This document shows, one piece after another, positions 12,021 through 26,980 of a stretch of 64,000 nucleotides of DNA. This DNA comes from Octopus vulgaris (taxonomy: Eukaryota): assembly GCA_951406725.2 (NCBI GenBank), contig OX597832.1, positions 1,612,001 through 1,676,000 of the forward strand, written 5' to 3'. The notes beneath the pieces were generated by a model. That model saw only the letters and a program-made list of their open reading frames with translations. It searched no databases and had not been told where the DNA came from. Each line of letters begins with the position of its first letter. Within the stretch, counting starts at the first letter, position 1. A program made the position numbers and the translations under genes.

Positions 12021-14846
12021 CAGATGTATTGATATATATATAAAATAAAATTGGTTTGTAACAAGATAACACTTATATTATGATTTTACTAAACAGACGC
12101 GTATCAGCTGTACTTTACTCTCATTTTGTTGTCGCCTCCCCTAAATGGTTACTCTATTAAAATCTAGGCTATTAAGAGTTGAATGTTTCCTTTTCTACGG
12201 CTAGACACAACATGTTGGACCTGCTCTAATAACCCTTTCTTCTATAGGTAAAAGGCCTAAAATTCACGAGGACGATGTGGGTGGCTAGTCAATTACATCA
12301 ACACCAGTATTTGACTGGTAATTATTTCATCGACCCCCAAAGGATGAAAAACAAAATTTTAATTAGTGTATCTGCTACAAGTTCAACAGACCATCACCGT
12401 TATCACACGCGAACCATGAACAGCTCACACAATACACCGTCACCCTTTTGACATAAAGAGTTGTTTTTCTTATACCGACGAAACATTGACTGTTATAAAA
12501 TTATAGCATTTTCTCATTCTAAAAAAGGATATGAACAGAGATTAGAAGTAATCAAGATAAGGAGAATCCTTCAAGATAGCAAATTGATTATTTTGGATGT
12601 CACAAACTCACAGGGCCCAAAACTCACAGTGCCACATTCAGTGAGTCACACAGGGTCATACTCCAGATTTATTTAGGTATATGGAAACATTACTCAACAT
12701 ATATTGCTCATTACTACTAGTGAGAGGTTGGAATAGCATCTTAGATACTTGCTAGGTGTCTGTGCAAGGAATAAATAAGCCTCTTATATTTTTGTTCGTT
12801 TAAGGGGAATTTCTATGACAACATTTGATGGACCAGAATGGGTGCGTGGTGTCGGAAACCTAAGAGGACCTTGCAATATTTCAGCAGCACTTTCAATGAC
12901 TCTTTTTTGAAGTATCTCGAATAGGGAATGAACAGAAAAACTGCTTAAGGTACCAAGTTTCTTCTTTCCTGCTTTTGCTAACTTGAATCGCAACTTACAT
13001 TAGAATCAGAGAATTACAAGTTATGTGAGTATTAGATTGGGAAATGATGCCATTTTAGGCCCACGACTAAACTAAAAATGGAGTTTATTTTTATCAAGGT
13101 ACAATTTAAAATAAACTTGATATTTGTCCTTGGAAGAGTTCTAGAGTCAGTAAAATTTTGGGAAATTTATGAAAAATATATCCAGATCAGTTTCTATATC
13201 TTGCGGTACAACCTAGAAGGTATTGGAAGTAAGTCAAATTTTAGTGGGGATTTGATTGGGTCTATTGACGTTTATGTATGTTTTAACTTTTGAGTCCTTA
13301 CTGTAGAAGCTGCATCTAATGAAAGGTGTTTCTCTCCCTTTCTCTCCTTTTTTTCTTTCCCTTTCTCTCTCACCTCTCGAACAGGGCCGATTCTAGTGCT
13401 GAATGTCTCGAAAGTTGAAGTGATCTGCATTAAACCAGAAGCATATTAGATTGAGCAACAGTCCCTCTCAAGTCCCTCGATAGACAGTATATCAGGTTAA
13501 ATTGCTCAGTATTTGATTCGTTCCACATTCCCAGGTAAATTGACATTATACCTTGATGACTCCCACTGCAGCCAATTTCAGGCAAAAATAAGCACACTGA
13601 AAGTGTACTGAACAGTAATGATTACCTATACATGGTACTGTCAGTCAGTTTGGCTGCCATACCCTCATCTAAAAATATGAAGCTATAGTGTCTGCTCTTT
13701 CACTTCCAGTGGAGGTTTCTTTGATCAGAAGAATTCGCCGACTCCATACCTATTCTGGCTGGGTTGTGATGTTATGCAGATGTACATGGTAATTGAGTCA
13801 TCTGCAGTTCTAGATAGTAACTGTTTTTGTTGGAAGATTCTGTAAATAGGTGGCTGTAACTTAAGCCTACAAGACAATGTGGAAAATCTTGTGTTAAAAC
13901 AAATGCTAAATATAAATTTGATGATAAAACCAAAATTATTTACATTGGAAGCGATTTCGATATATTTTTAACATTTTACATAGGTTTATGAAGAAAATAC
14001 TTTCTTCGATAATATGAATACGTTAACATGAACAGACTGTTTCTAGTTAAGGGATTGCCCTCACTTCATTTATTTTCCTCTAAATCGCTTCCGGCAAATG
14101 GTACCGTACTACTTCCAGAATGAGAGTAAAGCTAAACTTGATACGCTTGCTACTGAAAATTATCGGACAATGGCTATACAGTTGAAATTGCACCATTGAG
14201 TGGCCGTCTGTGAAAAATGATGCAGGTGGTCAAATGCTATCCTGCTGATAGGGCTTGGAGAGATAAATATCATTCTATAACCTCTTTAATAACTTATATT
14301 TATTTATTTCACGGCAAAATGGTTATATTATAGAGCTAAATTTAGGTTAGCAGTCTGATGCTTAAAGAATTAATTTCTAATGAACAACCAACTGATGACA
14401 CAAAGCGTTGATAAGAAATGATTAGAGTCGCTTGAAAAGACACATTTAAAAATTGTAGTTATTCCAGCAACAACTAATACTCTTGGCCTTTTCATGAGTC
14501 TTAGTCACGTAATTAAATAAATTCAACAATTAAGAATGGGGAATTGCTCTCCTTCTGCCAAAATTTGAAATCATTGTAGAGTCATTTCACTAAAATTTGT
14601 ATGCACTAATTACACAAAGTATCCATAGGTTCGCTCATGAAATTTCATTGTTTCGACTAATTTGTTTTTCGGCCAATATACTTTCAACACATGCGCTTTC
14701 TACGAGACGACGAATGTGTTTTCAATGAATGTGCTGTGTCCTATACATACATACATACATACATACATACATACATACATACATACATACGTATATATAT
14801 ATACATACACACATTTATATGCACGCACACGCGTGTTTGTTAGCAC

Positions 14847-15072
14847 TCTGTCGCTTACGACGACCAGGGTTCCAGTTGATCCGATCAACCGAACAGCCTG
14901 CTCGTGAAATTAACGTGCAAGTGGCTGAGCCCTCCACCGACATGTGTACCCTTAACGTAGTTCTTGGGGATATTCAGCGTGACACAGAGTGTGACAAGGC
15001 TTACCCTTTGAATTACAGGCACAACAGAAACAGGAAGTAAGAGTGAGAGAAAGTTATGGTGAAAGAGTACAG
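14847..15072. repeat. SINE-like interspersed repeat next to (TACA)n
   Basis: GC-richer non-coding block that resembles a common octopus repeat (from memory, not searched). Confidence 0.4.
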
Positions 15073-15199
15073 TAGAAGCCACTAGAGGCGACCTCCAGGC
15101 ATTTGTCAGCCGACCGGCGTTGTTGGGTATGGTAGTACTGTCACGTGGTGCATCTTTGCTTTGTAGTGCCTCTTCCCTGGGGCGACTGAAACAGTTGCC

Positions 15200-15805
15200 A
15201 TCCTTTAAACAGCTTACAAGACTGCTGCCATGAGCAAACCACAAGTTTACAAGTGGTTTTCACGCTTTAAGAATGGTCACTTGTTACTTGAGGACCAACC
15301 TTGTTCAGGTTGACTGTCAACCTCCTGAACGAATGAAAACAGCACAAAAACTCATGAACTGATCTTGGAGGACCGTCACCGAACAATTGGCGAACTTGAC
15401 TGTTGTGGCCTGGAGCTCGAGTTTGAGCGAGGAACTGCGAATGAAAAGCGTTGCAGCAAAATTTGTGCCTCGATTGCTCACAGAAGATCAAAAGCAGTCA
15501 TGACTGAATGCGTGTCGTTATCTGAAAGAATAGTCGGAAGTTGATCCGGACCTTTTTCGAAGGTCATCGCTGGTGATGAAAGCTGGTGCTATGGAATTTG
15601 CAGATGTGGAAGAGGTAAAGAAATAAAAAACACAACGGAGGCGTTAAAAGGCATCACTTCGCAAGAAATCCTACACTGCTTCGAAGAGTGGAAGACGCGT
15701 CTGGATCGATGCCTTCCTTCAAATGGTGATAAAAGTGTAAACATGTAAAACTAAGTGGATAAAATGCATTGCAAAATTCCGGTTTCTTTTGGGTACCTCC
15801 TCGTC
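15200..15805 (+). mobile_element. Internally deleted mariner element
   Basis: WFSRFKNG..LEDQPCSG, AAKFVPRLLTEDQKQ, AGDESWCYG; TIR-like end tttgggtacctcctcgt. Confidence 0.75.
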
Positions 15806-16269
15806 TCATCAGTTATCCGCCGAAGAATTAACGCAATTTCGCGCCTTCAAACGGTAACATCACTCTCCTCTGGAGTGAATATGGAAACATGAAATAAATG
15901 TGATTCAAGACGAGACCATTAGTGAATGGACGAGGGGCAAAGACGAAAACAAACAAGACGAAATGTGGACATACGAGCAACCTGAAATAAATAAATAGAA
16001 TAGGACCTTAGGGCCAGACACGAGACGAAAATATGGTTAACACCTGGAGGAATATCCCAAAGGATTAGAAGCACGACAACAGATTAGAAACAGCGAAACG
16101 TATTGAAAGTGGGAAACGAGATAAAATATGACCAGTCCTTTCGGCGATCGGCGTGAAAAAGAAAAGAAAATAAAAGATGACAGTTGCGCCACGATTCACG
16201 TTTCACTATTTGGAGAGGGAAAAGTAGTAGAGGGCAGAGAGAGATACAAAAGACAGAGAGGGAAAGGAC

Positions 16270-16300
<31 letters not shown>

Positions 16301-16353
16301 CCCACATATGTATGTGTGTGTGTGCTATGTGTTTATGTATGTATATATGTATG

Positions 16354-16387
<34 letters not shown>

Positions 16388-16413
16388 TGTATGTATGTAT
16401 CTATGTATCTATG

Positions 16414-17077
16414 TATGGTCAGAATGAAGTATTTAAGGATGCCAAAACAACCCTTTTATGGAGAGTTAGCTAAAGGAGAACGACCTCCACATAAACCAAA
16501 AAAGAGGTATAAGGACTTGCTGAAGGCTTCCTTAAGGGATGCTTGCATCTCTCCTGACACATGGGAAGGCATAGCTATTGATCGTAGCAGGTGGAGAAGG
16601 ATTGTGCATGAGGGGACAGCCACATTTGAGAAATCTCGAGTTGCACGTGAGAAAGTAAGGAGGGGTGTCAGGAAGGGCATCGCTGTTGCACTTCCAGAAG
16701 GGAAGGGTCTTCCTTTGATTCTGACATGCAATAATGTCTGTGCAAGACCCTGCCTCAGTAAAGCTGGACTCATGAGTCATCTTCGTAGTCATAAAACGAG
16801 ACAGATGAGTGACAACCTGGCCACTAATCGTATCTGTCGGGCATGTGGAAGAGAGTGTAATTCGGCAGGAGGACTTAAACGACATGCAAAGGTACATGAA
16901 GCCCAGTTACAACTACAGCCAGCTATTACCAGTAAAAGTTTTAGTTGCCAATTTTGTACAAGACATTGTAGATCTTTAGCTGGGCTAAAAAGTCACATTC
17001 GATCGCAACACCAGTAACAGTTAAGCTTCGTGCAATGGCCATACTCGATAACGAGGGGGCAGCCATAAATAAATAAA
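16414..17077 (+). mobile_element. RTE-clade LINE 3' end with three C2H2 zinc fingers
   Basis: RMPKQPFYGELAKGERPPHKPKKRYKD...TWEGIAIDRSRWR; three CxxC-x12-HxxxH type motifs; stop at 17017; short UTR; (TAAA)n tail. Confidence 0.85.
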
Positions 17078-17999
17078 TGTATACACATGCATATATCTTT
17101 ATTGCATAAATATTCTTTTATGATGCAGTCTTATGATAGCTTGAAGTTTTAGTTGTCTCATAAATAGCTATTAATGTCGTTACCGAATGAATTATGAAAG
17201 CATGTATTTTTATTATGAATATATATTTTTCTTCTACTACATAATATGTATTTGTATTCAATGAATATTGCTGCCAATGACCCTAAGTTGTAGGGCTACT
17301 TATATAAAGCTGCTTACAAACTCCCCTCCTAGGTGCATATTTTGGAATTTAATTCATTATATGGAGTTGAATTTAAATCGTCACACGGCGTGCTTTTAGA
17401 TACTTATTACCAAACTATATGTGTGTGCATGGTGTGTATGCAAGTGTGTGTGTGTCTGACTGTGCGTGTATGCGAATATATGGATGGAAAGGTAGATAGA
17501 TACAATACATAACAGTTTTATTGCGATGCATTTTCAAACGATTAATTATAGCTTCTGAGAGACAAATTAAACTACTACGATGCATGGCTTATAGATTTAA
17601 AGGAACGTAGTAAAGAAATAAATGACGTCGAAAAACTTTCATCTTCAGCTGAGAGTTATATCACCAAAGCATTAAAAAGTTACATAGAGACAGAAAAGTT
17701 AAAGTCCTCTTTATTCAACAATATCTTCTTTCTTGAGATTTTTATTACCAATTTTCAGCAGGATAAGAACCATGCAATTTGCTCAAGAATCACAGCTTAG
17801 TCTAGGGAATTGTAAATCTGTCGTTCATCTCTTCATTTAGATTGTTTTATTATTACAACGATGGTGCTGTGTTAGTCTATGATATATTTATTTCAAAGCA
17901 CATAATTTTGCACATACTCACACACATACACACACACACACGCACGCACATATGCAAATGAATACATACAAATGCATACGCAAATCACCCCATGCATCT

Positions 18000-18002
18000 G
18001 TA

Positions 18003-18041
<39 letters not shown>

Positions 18042-18465
18042 GCAGATAGCTACATTCTAACATACTTGTCTACATACATGCATGCATACATGCATGCATG
18101 CATGCATACATACATACATACATACATACATACAAGCATGCATGCATACATACATACATACATACATACATACATACATACATGCATGCATGCATGCATA
18201 CATGCATACATACATGCATACATACGCATATATACATGCATGCATGCATACATACATACATACATACATAATACATACATACATACATACAAACATACAT
18301 ACATACATACATACATACATACATACATACATACATACATGCATGCATGCATGCATACATGCATACATACATGCATACATACATATATATACATGCATGC
18401 ATACATATATACATACATACATACATACATACATACATACATACATACATACATACATACATACA
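18000..18465. repeat. (GATA/GACA)n followed by a long (TACA/TGCA)n microsatellite
   Basis: Directly visible. Confidence 0.95.
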
Positions 18466-18772
18466 AAGTCGCAGTAAGAATTCTGAAATTTACAATATAA
18501 CTGGAATGGAAATAGCATATAACTGATGGCAACTGGCATAATATTGACACTTGCATATAATTAAATTCGAAGATTCTAGTTTATTTTCTTTTAACTCTTT
18601 TGTGTACTACAGGAGGTGCATCTGGTAAATGTTCCTATTATCGCAGATACTACAACTCCTGCTGCATAGTGGTTGTTAGACAAAGTCTGTTATTGTAGAT
18701 GAAAGGAAAATTGGGTGAAAATGTACGTGAATGCGAATAGGGAATGAAACTTTTGGTTTATATTCATATATT

Positions 18773-20730
18773 CTTCCACCGACCGCATTGCCCAACTGGC
18801 CGAGGGCTGTGGGCGCTTGGAGATACTCTAGGTGTTAAGTGCCCTGTCTCAGTCTACGCCTGATCCAGGACTTCAGCTCCGTCAAGGAGACGAGCTGCGG
18901 AAAAGCGTGACTAACAAACGGCAACCACACCTGCTCACCGCTAAGGTATCGCTGGAGATATTGCTGCCCAGTCCTCTATGCAACGGGTGCTGACAGAAAA
19001 TGGATTGTCTGACAAGTGGTACCCTTCCATTCCACAAGAGGCAGAAGAGCAAGCGTATCAGCCTGTTTAGCCACAAAGTGGGGCAAGGGACGACAGTCAG
19101 GCGGTAGTATATGACAGATGAGATGTACGCATTCACCACCTCCACCCGACTTTTCAAGGACAGCTTGCTCTCAGCACATGTCTGGGTGAGACTAGCCACC
19201 CTGTCTGTCACCTCTCTCCAGTTTTTGTCCACTTAGAGGTTCGGACCAAACTAGATCCCAAGCAACTTAACCAGTCCTTCCGTCCAGCGCCCCACAACTC
19301 TCTCTATGATGTATCGCGTGAGATGAAGGTTGTCGGGGATAGATCTGTTGGGGATAGCGCAAGTCTGTGCATCACTCACTAGAGTGTCCACGACAAGCGC
19401 CAGCCTCTTTGCTAACACCTTGGCCAAAATCTTGTAATCTGCATTCAGCAGAGTTACAAGCCTAAAGTCATCAACAATGTCCACAAATCGGCTCACAAAT
19501 CTGAGAATTCTCCCGTTCTGCTGCCAGTTGCGGTAGACATCTACCAAAAGCTCACTGAACAAGTCTGACATATGAATGTAAAGTTCGAAGGGCAGACCTT
19601 CTCCCCCGTGCAATTGTCCACTGCGTCACGTATATCTTCTGCTGTTATTGGCATTTCGCAGAACCCCACATCTCTGACCGAAAGCCCGTCCCAACCCATC
19701 AAGGACCGAATTGTGGTTTTATTGCCGCGCCCATAGAACGACTTTCATTCCCTCGTGTCTTAGAGCATGTGCCCTCGCTCTGACAATGCAATCTTCATGC
19801 TTGGTGTTGAAGTATTGGTTCAGAACCAATCTCACTGCCAGCACGTCGGTCGCTATGCCACTACTGAATGTCTCTTCTAATTTCATAACTAGTTTTCCCT
19901 CTACTCTAGTATTCTCTATTGCTAATTCCCTGCTAAATCCTATCATCTCAATTGTAACCGCCCATCTTAGGGCTGTCCACCATCGGTTGCTGATGTCTGC
20001 ACCCGTCAACTAATCTGGTCTCTGAAAGCTTGGCGTGCCAAGAAAGACGCGTTTAGCTTCCAGTATCAGGAGCCCTGCCTATGGAGCCTACCTAGGTCGA
20101 CCATACAGATTACAAATTCGTGATCTGTATAGCTGACAACTTCAAATTGTGGACAACCTATGCTATCCTTATCTGCTGGCCTACAAAATACCCTATATAG
20201 CTACGGTCTGGATGACCCAACGCTGTTTGCCCACGTCTACATTTGAGCATTCAGGAAATCCAGTCTGAACCTGTCAGCCAATTGGAAACGACCGAGCAGG
20301 TTTGCGAGGCTTGCGCACCCTTCTTTCTTCTCGGCTAGCCCCACCCAATCTACACGTTCATCTAAGGTGTTCTAGTCGTCCACTAACACTAAGGAGCGAG
20401 ATGTCCCAAGAAAGACCTCCAAACGTCTAAAGAAATCCGGCTGTCCCACTCCGGTCGGTGAGTACACAGCGACCAGTCTAAAGGCGCTGCGTTCGTTATC
20501 ATTCACGTCCAGGACCACCATCCTACCTTCCGGGACAATATCTCGAGATCTAGGCCTTTTCTGAACAACACCTCCACCTCACCCACTCCCATTCCCGGTC
20601 GACTAAGAGATGCAAAGATCCTGGTTTCACTGGCAGCTATTACGTCTAATTTTCGCCACTTGAGGTCAGTGAGCAAACTACCTTGCTTCCTTGACGACCC
20701 CAGACCGCATACATTTATACTGCCCACTCT
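18773..20730 (-). mobile_element. Degenerate L1/Tx1-clade LINE ORF2 (APE endonuclease + RT)
   Basis: GSINVCGL...LDVIAASETR; DFRLVTLLNADYKILAKVLAKRL; QTCAIPNRSIPDNL; LSLKSRVEVVN; stops and frameshifts. Confidence 0.9.
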
Positions 20731-20789
20731 AAGTAATACCGTATTAGACGAGGAGAATGTGTGAAAGTAGGAGAGAGCTACTTACTAAT

Positions 20790-21300
20790 GCTTTGTGGAG
20801 AAAGAAGGAAAGAGTTATAAGTAACTAGGAGTGTTAGAATCTGATAGAGTACTAACTATAGAAATGAAAACTAAAATTAAGGAGTACATCAGAAGAGTGA
20901 AGAAGCTAATGAAGTCAAAGCTAAATGGCCCGAATCCAGGTAAGGCTGTAAATACTTGGATGGTATCATTACTTAGATACCCAGTAGCTTTTGTAGATTA
21001 GACAAAAACTGAATTAGCAAATCTAGACAGAAGAACTAGGAAGGAATTCAATATGAATGGAGGACTCCATCCAAGAGCAGAAATAACAAGATTATACTTA
21101 CCTGGAAAGGGAGATGGAAGAGGGCTAATATCAGTAGAAGACTGCGTGCAGGTAGCTAGAGTAGATATAGCCTCCTACGTAGGTAATAATGAAAACTGTT
21201 TATTAAGAGCTGTTAGCATCACTGTAGGATGCCAAATGAAGTTAAAAACCAGAGAAAGAAGAAAGATTAAATGACTGGCAAGAGAAGGCTTTATATGATG
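20790..21300 (+). mobile_element. R4/Dong-clade LINE RT C-terminal fragment
   Basis: YK*LGVLE...EYIRRVKKLMKSKLNG..KAVNTW...LDRRTRK..MNGGLHPRAEITRLYLPGKGDGRGLISVED. Confidence 0.8.
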
Positions 21301-22769
21301 CGGAAAGGGAGGCTTTGACAATTTATTTTATCGTCTCCAAAATGTTGAAAAGGAAAGGTGGCTGCGCTGGGAATTAAATGCAGAATGTAAAGAGCCGGAA
21401 GAAATATCGCGAGGTATTTTCCAACTCACTGAGTGGAAACATCATCTTAATTCTCACGATGAAAGAAACAACAATCTACAGGTACATTGCTTGCAAAACT
21501 AAATTCTATAAAACCTTAACTGCTAAAATATCGCAAAGCATAAATATACAGCAATTGTAAGCAATGTCATGAGTAGGTGGCCAATTATTTTGCTGATTGA
21601 GACAAGAGTAAAAATCTTTAAAATTGTGAACAGTAATATCATACTAGCTCAAGAAACAGAGACAAGAATAACAGACACATTCGATAAATACTTAAGGCAC
21701 AGCTCAATGTGAAATATAAGGTAACACACATCAATTGCTTGGCTTCCTTCCTAGTAAGTTTTATTTATAGTATTCGTAAGTTGACACTAAATGAACTAGC
21801 AAGAATACATAATGAACGCATTACAAATTACAAATGAACAAATTACAAATTACAAATGAACAAATTACAAAAAACTATACTAAAGCCACTGAGAACGTTA
21901 ATTGCGATGATAGATCTTAAATGTGGAAAACAAATATCAAGACCTAAAATCAAACCGTGCTACACCTACGAATATTAACAAACAAAACGAAATACTTTTA
22001 AGTAACATGCTTAAGCAGACTGAACTTGATACAAATACAATGAAAAGATAATCTTTTGCATGTGGATGACCTCAAGTCTAGAAACACTGCTACATGCAAT
22101 AAAAATATTTGCTAGAGGAAAAATACATGAGATTCTAGTTAGAAATATAAACTAAGGCAATCACAAAGAAAAAGAAATGAGCAGTAATATCATATTAGAC
22201 AAAGAAACAGGGATAGGGAAACTGCGTTGAAAATTGATATGCAAAACTTTAAATGAACTAGAAACAGTACAGCCAACAAAAACGAAAGAAAAACTTAGGA
22301 GGGAATATCACAAATGCATTGGATTAGCATTTTAAAACAGAGTTAAATACGATAAATAAGACAATAGATTTTAGTATCGCAGCAGCTGTCAGTAATAATT
22401 TTTAGTTCTCAATTTGTCGTTAAATGAATTATCTAAAAGATAGGTAATGACTGTACTTACACCAACCAATGTAGAATATTATTTACCATGAATTCAAGAA
22501 ACTGGAGGCCTTTCACAAACAGATCCTACAACATAAACAAAACAAAAACCAGTTTTCTGCCTTAAAATTCCGACAAATACAAAATATAGGCTGACATGAC
22601 ACTCTTTTGCAAGTGAAACAAGAGACATTGGGAAAAGGCTAAAATGTTAAACAAATGCTACAGGAAGTTTTACTAAAATGATGGCAGGAACAGATTCTGC
22701 TTGGCCACTATCTGGCAAAAAATGAACGGGCTGGAAAAGTGAAAGAAAACTTGGAACACTAACATTTTA

Positions 22770-23560
22770 GGAGCGTCTTAGTGCCTTCCGGAGGACTTTC
22801 GGGCCGGGGCCTATGGGTAATTTCCAGAAATCTCTGGCTTGGCAATGCTACCTGGGGGCGCTGCCTGATAGGCTCTACAGGCACAGATGTGCAGTCAGAA
22901 GGTCTTGTACAAGATGCATGCAGAGCGAGGGAACCGTTCTACAAGCAGTAGTGTCGCTCATTGCTGACTTGTGGAGCTTCGTCGAACAGTTATTGTCACG
23001 TGTAGGATGGATCCGGCAATCGTCCGAGTCCATATTGAAGATTGCCCTGCCTCCTTCCTTTCGCCGGGAAGGAAAGGCAGTTTTCCTTCGTCAGGTGGCT
23101 ATGATGAAAGCGGTTGTATGATGAACACAACTGAAAGGGTTGAAGATAGGTACCTTCCTCTTTGGCCAAGGCCTCATTGACTTTTTCAGGCTCCACATGA
23201 AAAGGAGGGTGAGACTGGAGAGGGAGGTGCAGTCACCTAGTAAGTTTGTCGAAAGACGGGTGAATGTAGCAAGGATAGCCCGTGTGAATGGGCCTACTCT
23301 GTGTGCGTGTAGGCATGATGAAGTGAGGAGGAGAGGGGCACCTACCTGAGGTACCTTGGTGTTAGGGGTCCAAAGTGGATGAGGTTGCCTTGGTCACCTC
23401 TCAGTGGATCTCCCCCACTATTGGAGCATTATATATTGTTGAGTAATTTTCCTTGTTAATTGTGTTTTGTTGTTTAAAAGTATAACCTCACAGTCTTTCG
23501 TCTGCCTATTCTCCATTATGTTTAGTGTTCGGTCGTTATGACCAATAATGAAAGCATTAT
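22770..23560 (+). mobile_element. L1/Tx1 LINE 3' end (zf-RVT region and 3' UTR)
   Basis: NFQKSLAWQCYLGALP...CTRCMQSEGTVLQA; homologous to 56886-57425. Confidence 0.8.
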
Positions 23561-23589
23561 TGTAATTATTATTATCATTATCATTATTA

Positions 23590-23778
23590 TTATTATTGTT
23601 TTGATTCTCGCTGTTCTATTTGCGGTTGTTCTTTACTTCGAAGCAGGCAATAACAGATCACCAAATGTTTCAAGTAATGACTTCGCCTGTGACTCAAAGA
23701 GAAAATACTCTCCTTAGAATGCGAGCTGTACCCAACAATGCTGTCTACTGGATCACTTCGAGCCTGACAGCAGTTCCA
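23590..23778 (-). mobile_element. R4/Dong-type extreme 3' fragment in (TAA)n
   Basis: EVIQ*TALLGTARILRRVFSL; bounded by (TTA)n. Confidence 0.65.
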
Positions 23779-23832
<54 letters not shown>

Positions 23833-23835
23833 ATA

Positions 23836-24596
<761 letters not shown>

Positions 24597-24618
24597 GTTG
24601 TTGTTGTTGTTGTTGTTA

Positions 24619-24853
24619 AGACCGCGTGCTGGCAGAATCGTTAGTACGCCGGACGAAATGCTTAGCAGTATTTCGGCCTAATGCTTAGCAGTATTTCGTC
24701 TGTCGCTAAGTTCTGAGTTCAAGTTCCACCGAGGTCGACTTTGTCTTTGATCGTTTCAGGGTCGATAAATTAAGTACCAGTTGCGTACTGGGGTCGATCT
24801 AATCGGCTGGCCCCCTCTCCACAATTTCAGACCTTGCGCCTATAGTAGAAAGG

Positions 24854-24854
<1 letters not shown>
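24619..24854 (+). mobile_element. SINE family A with (TTA)n tail
   Basis: tggcagaatcgttag A-box-like, gttcaagttcc B-box-like, family core. Confidence 0.85.
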
Positions 24855-25083
<229 letters not shown>

Positions 25084-25280
25084 CACCCACAGACCTCAAG
25101 AGACAAGTTAGAAGCTCATGTTGGTGTTATGCCTAGGGTGCCATATATTTAGTTTTGTACATAGTATTGTTCTAGAGAATGTATAAAGAACCATGAGAAA
25201 ATTATGAGTTTGTTTAAAATTTGTGATTACATAGTCATTATTTTACGTAGGATATGGACAGTTCCTATGAGCACTATCTC

Positions 25281-25686
25281 CACCACACCTACCCCGTTTT
25301 TAGGACCACAAAAAGTGTTTTGTAGCATATTAGAAGGGCAGGGTAGTTGATTCCACGGAAAATTTCCGATTTTTTTCTTAGTGAAAGTCGTGCGAGTGTT
25401 ATCTAAAATTTTACCTGTAGTTTTTCATAGTAAATTTGAGATTTTAAAAAATCCCATATTCTTATTCTCTGTATTTTACCACGTACGTTGAAAAATAGAT
25501 GCTAAAATGATCAATGGGTGTGGGGGTGAAATTTCCGAGGCTTCCACCACACCACACACCGTTTTTCGGACCACAAAAAGGGTTTTGTAGCATATTAGGA
25601 GGCCAGGATAGTTGATTTCACGCAAAAAAAAATCCGATTTTTTCTTCTTAGTGAAAATCGTGCGAGTGTTAATCTAAAATTTTACC
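25281..25686. repeat. Direct repeat of ~135 bp (25281-25415, ~25545-25686) upstream of the Helitron helicase
   Basis: ccgttttt.ggaccacaaaaag.gttttgtagcatattag...gtgcgagtgtta occurs twice. Confidence 0.8.
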
Positions 25687-25739
25687 AACATTTTTTTCAT
25701 TCGTTTCTGTTTATGAAATTCTCTGTAAGTAATTTTGCT

Positions 25740-26980
25740 TTTTTCGGTGGTCAAGGTAAATGATGACAGGCAAAGCAGCAGTGCCCTAATGCTGACATTA
25801 GATACAATGATCTGATCTACAATAATGCGCTGACTGAAATCGAGGATGCATTGCTTAAAATGGGTGGGGCGGCGTTGGGCACATTCGGTTAACACACTCG
25901 CACCAAAGTTACTTCTGGCGTTATCGTATGATGCTGATGGCCTTGCGGAGTACCTGAGAGTAAATGAACCGAAATTGCTCTCTGATCAGACGCTGGCGTT
26001 CGAAAGTGTCGTCAGTGCCTTTGAAAAACTGTCGGGCGGCATTTTTTTCTCGATACTCCTGGAGGTACCGGCAAATCCTTTGTAACACAATTAATACTTG
26101 CTAAGATTCGTCGCGAGAAACAAATTGCGCTAGCCGTTGCCTCGGGAATCGCTGCTAGGTTTTTGCCAGGAGGTAGGGCGGCGCACTCGGCATTCAAGCT
26201 GTCTTTAGATTTGGTGAGGGTCGAGGTTCCTACTTGCAACATTGGCAAAAATTGAGAGGAAGCTGAAGTTCTTAGACAGTGCCGTCTCATTATATGGGAC
26301 GAATAAGGGTGCCCTTGCGGCACTTGACCGGTCACTGAAAGATATCAGGGATTCTACAGCTTGTTGGGTGGTGTAACTCTATTGCTTTCGGGAGATTTCC
26401 GGCAAAACCTTCCTGTCATCCCTAAAGTGAGCAGGGCTGATGAAGTGTGCGAATGCCTTAAGTCATCCACGTTGTGGCCCCAGGTTAAGACCTTAAGCCT
26501 AAGCACAAGCATGCGTGCGCACTTGCTTGGTGATAGCACATCTGCAGCATTTGCTGAAGACATTTTAGCCTTTAGAGAAGGCAAGGTCCCTAGGAATGAT
26601 AGGGGCGACATATCCATCTCTGAACTGTGCAATACCGTGGAAACTCTTCTGATATTTTGGAAACAGTGTTCCCCAATCTAGAAAGTAATTATACAGACAT
26701 CAATTGGCTCAGTGCTAACAACGACCAGCTCATAAGCCGAATTCCGGGTGAGGAGCGCATTTACAAATCGATTAATCGGACCTCTGACCCCCAAGACAAT
26801 GTCAATTATCCTATCGAATTTCTCGACTCATTGGAGCCAGCAGGGCTTCAACCTCACCTTCTTAGGCTAAGGGCTGGATGTCCAATTATGCTAATCAGAA
26901 ATTTGCTTCCGCCTAAACAGTGCAACGAGACCTGCATAGAAATCAAGTCCCTGACGCCCCACTTGATTGAGGCCACCATT
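25740..26980 (+). mobile_element. Helitron PIF1-like helicase pseudogene
   Basis: FLDTPGGTGKSF (Walker A), ALAVASGIAA, GGRAAHSAFKL, LIIWDE, LLSGDFRQNLPVIP, YPIEFLDSLEPAGLQPHLLRLRAGCPIMLIRNL. Confidence 0.92.

Noticed and set aside
12784-12993. 69-aa minus-strand ORF with plausible composition
   Set aside because: No motif and no convincing splice or start context
18050-18556. Long MYVC/HTYI, YIYI, IIII and NNNN ORFs here and at 8444, 23620, 24799, 46262, 53975, 61126
   Set aside because: Translations of microsatellites, not genes
24619-24730. A/B-box tRNA-like sequence
   Set aside because: SINE head with no cloverleaf; not called as tRNA
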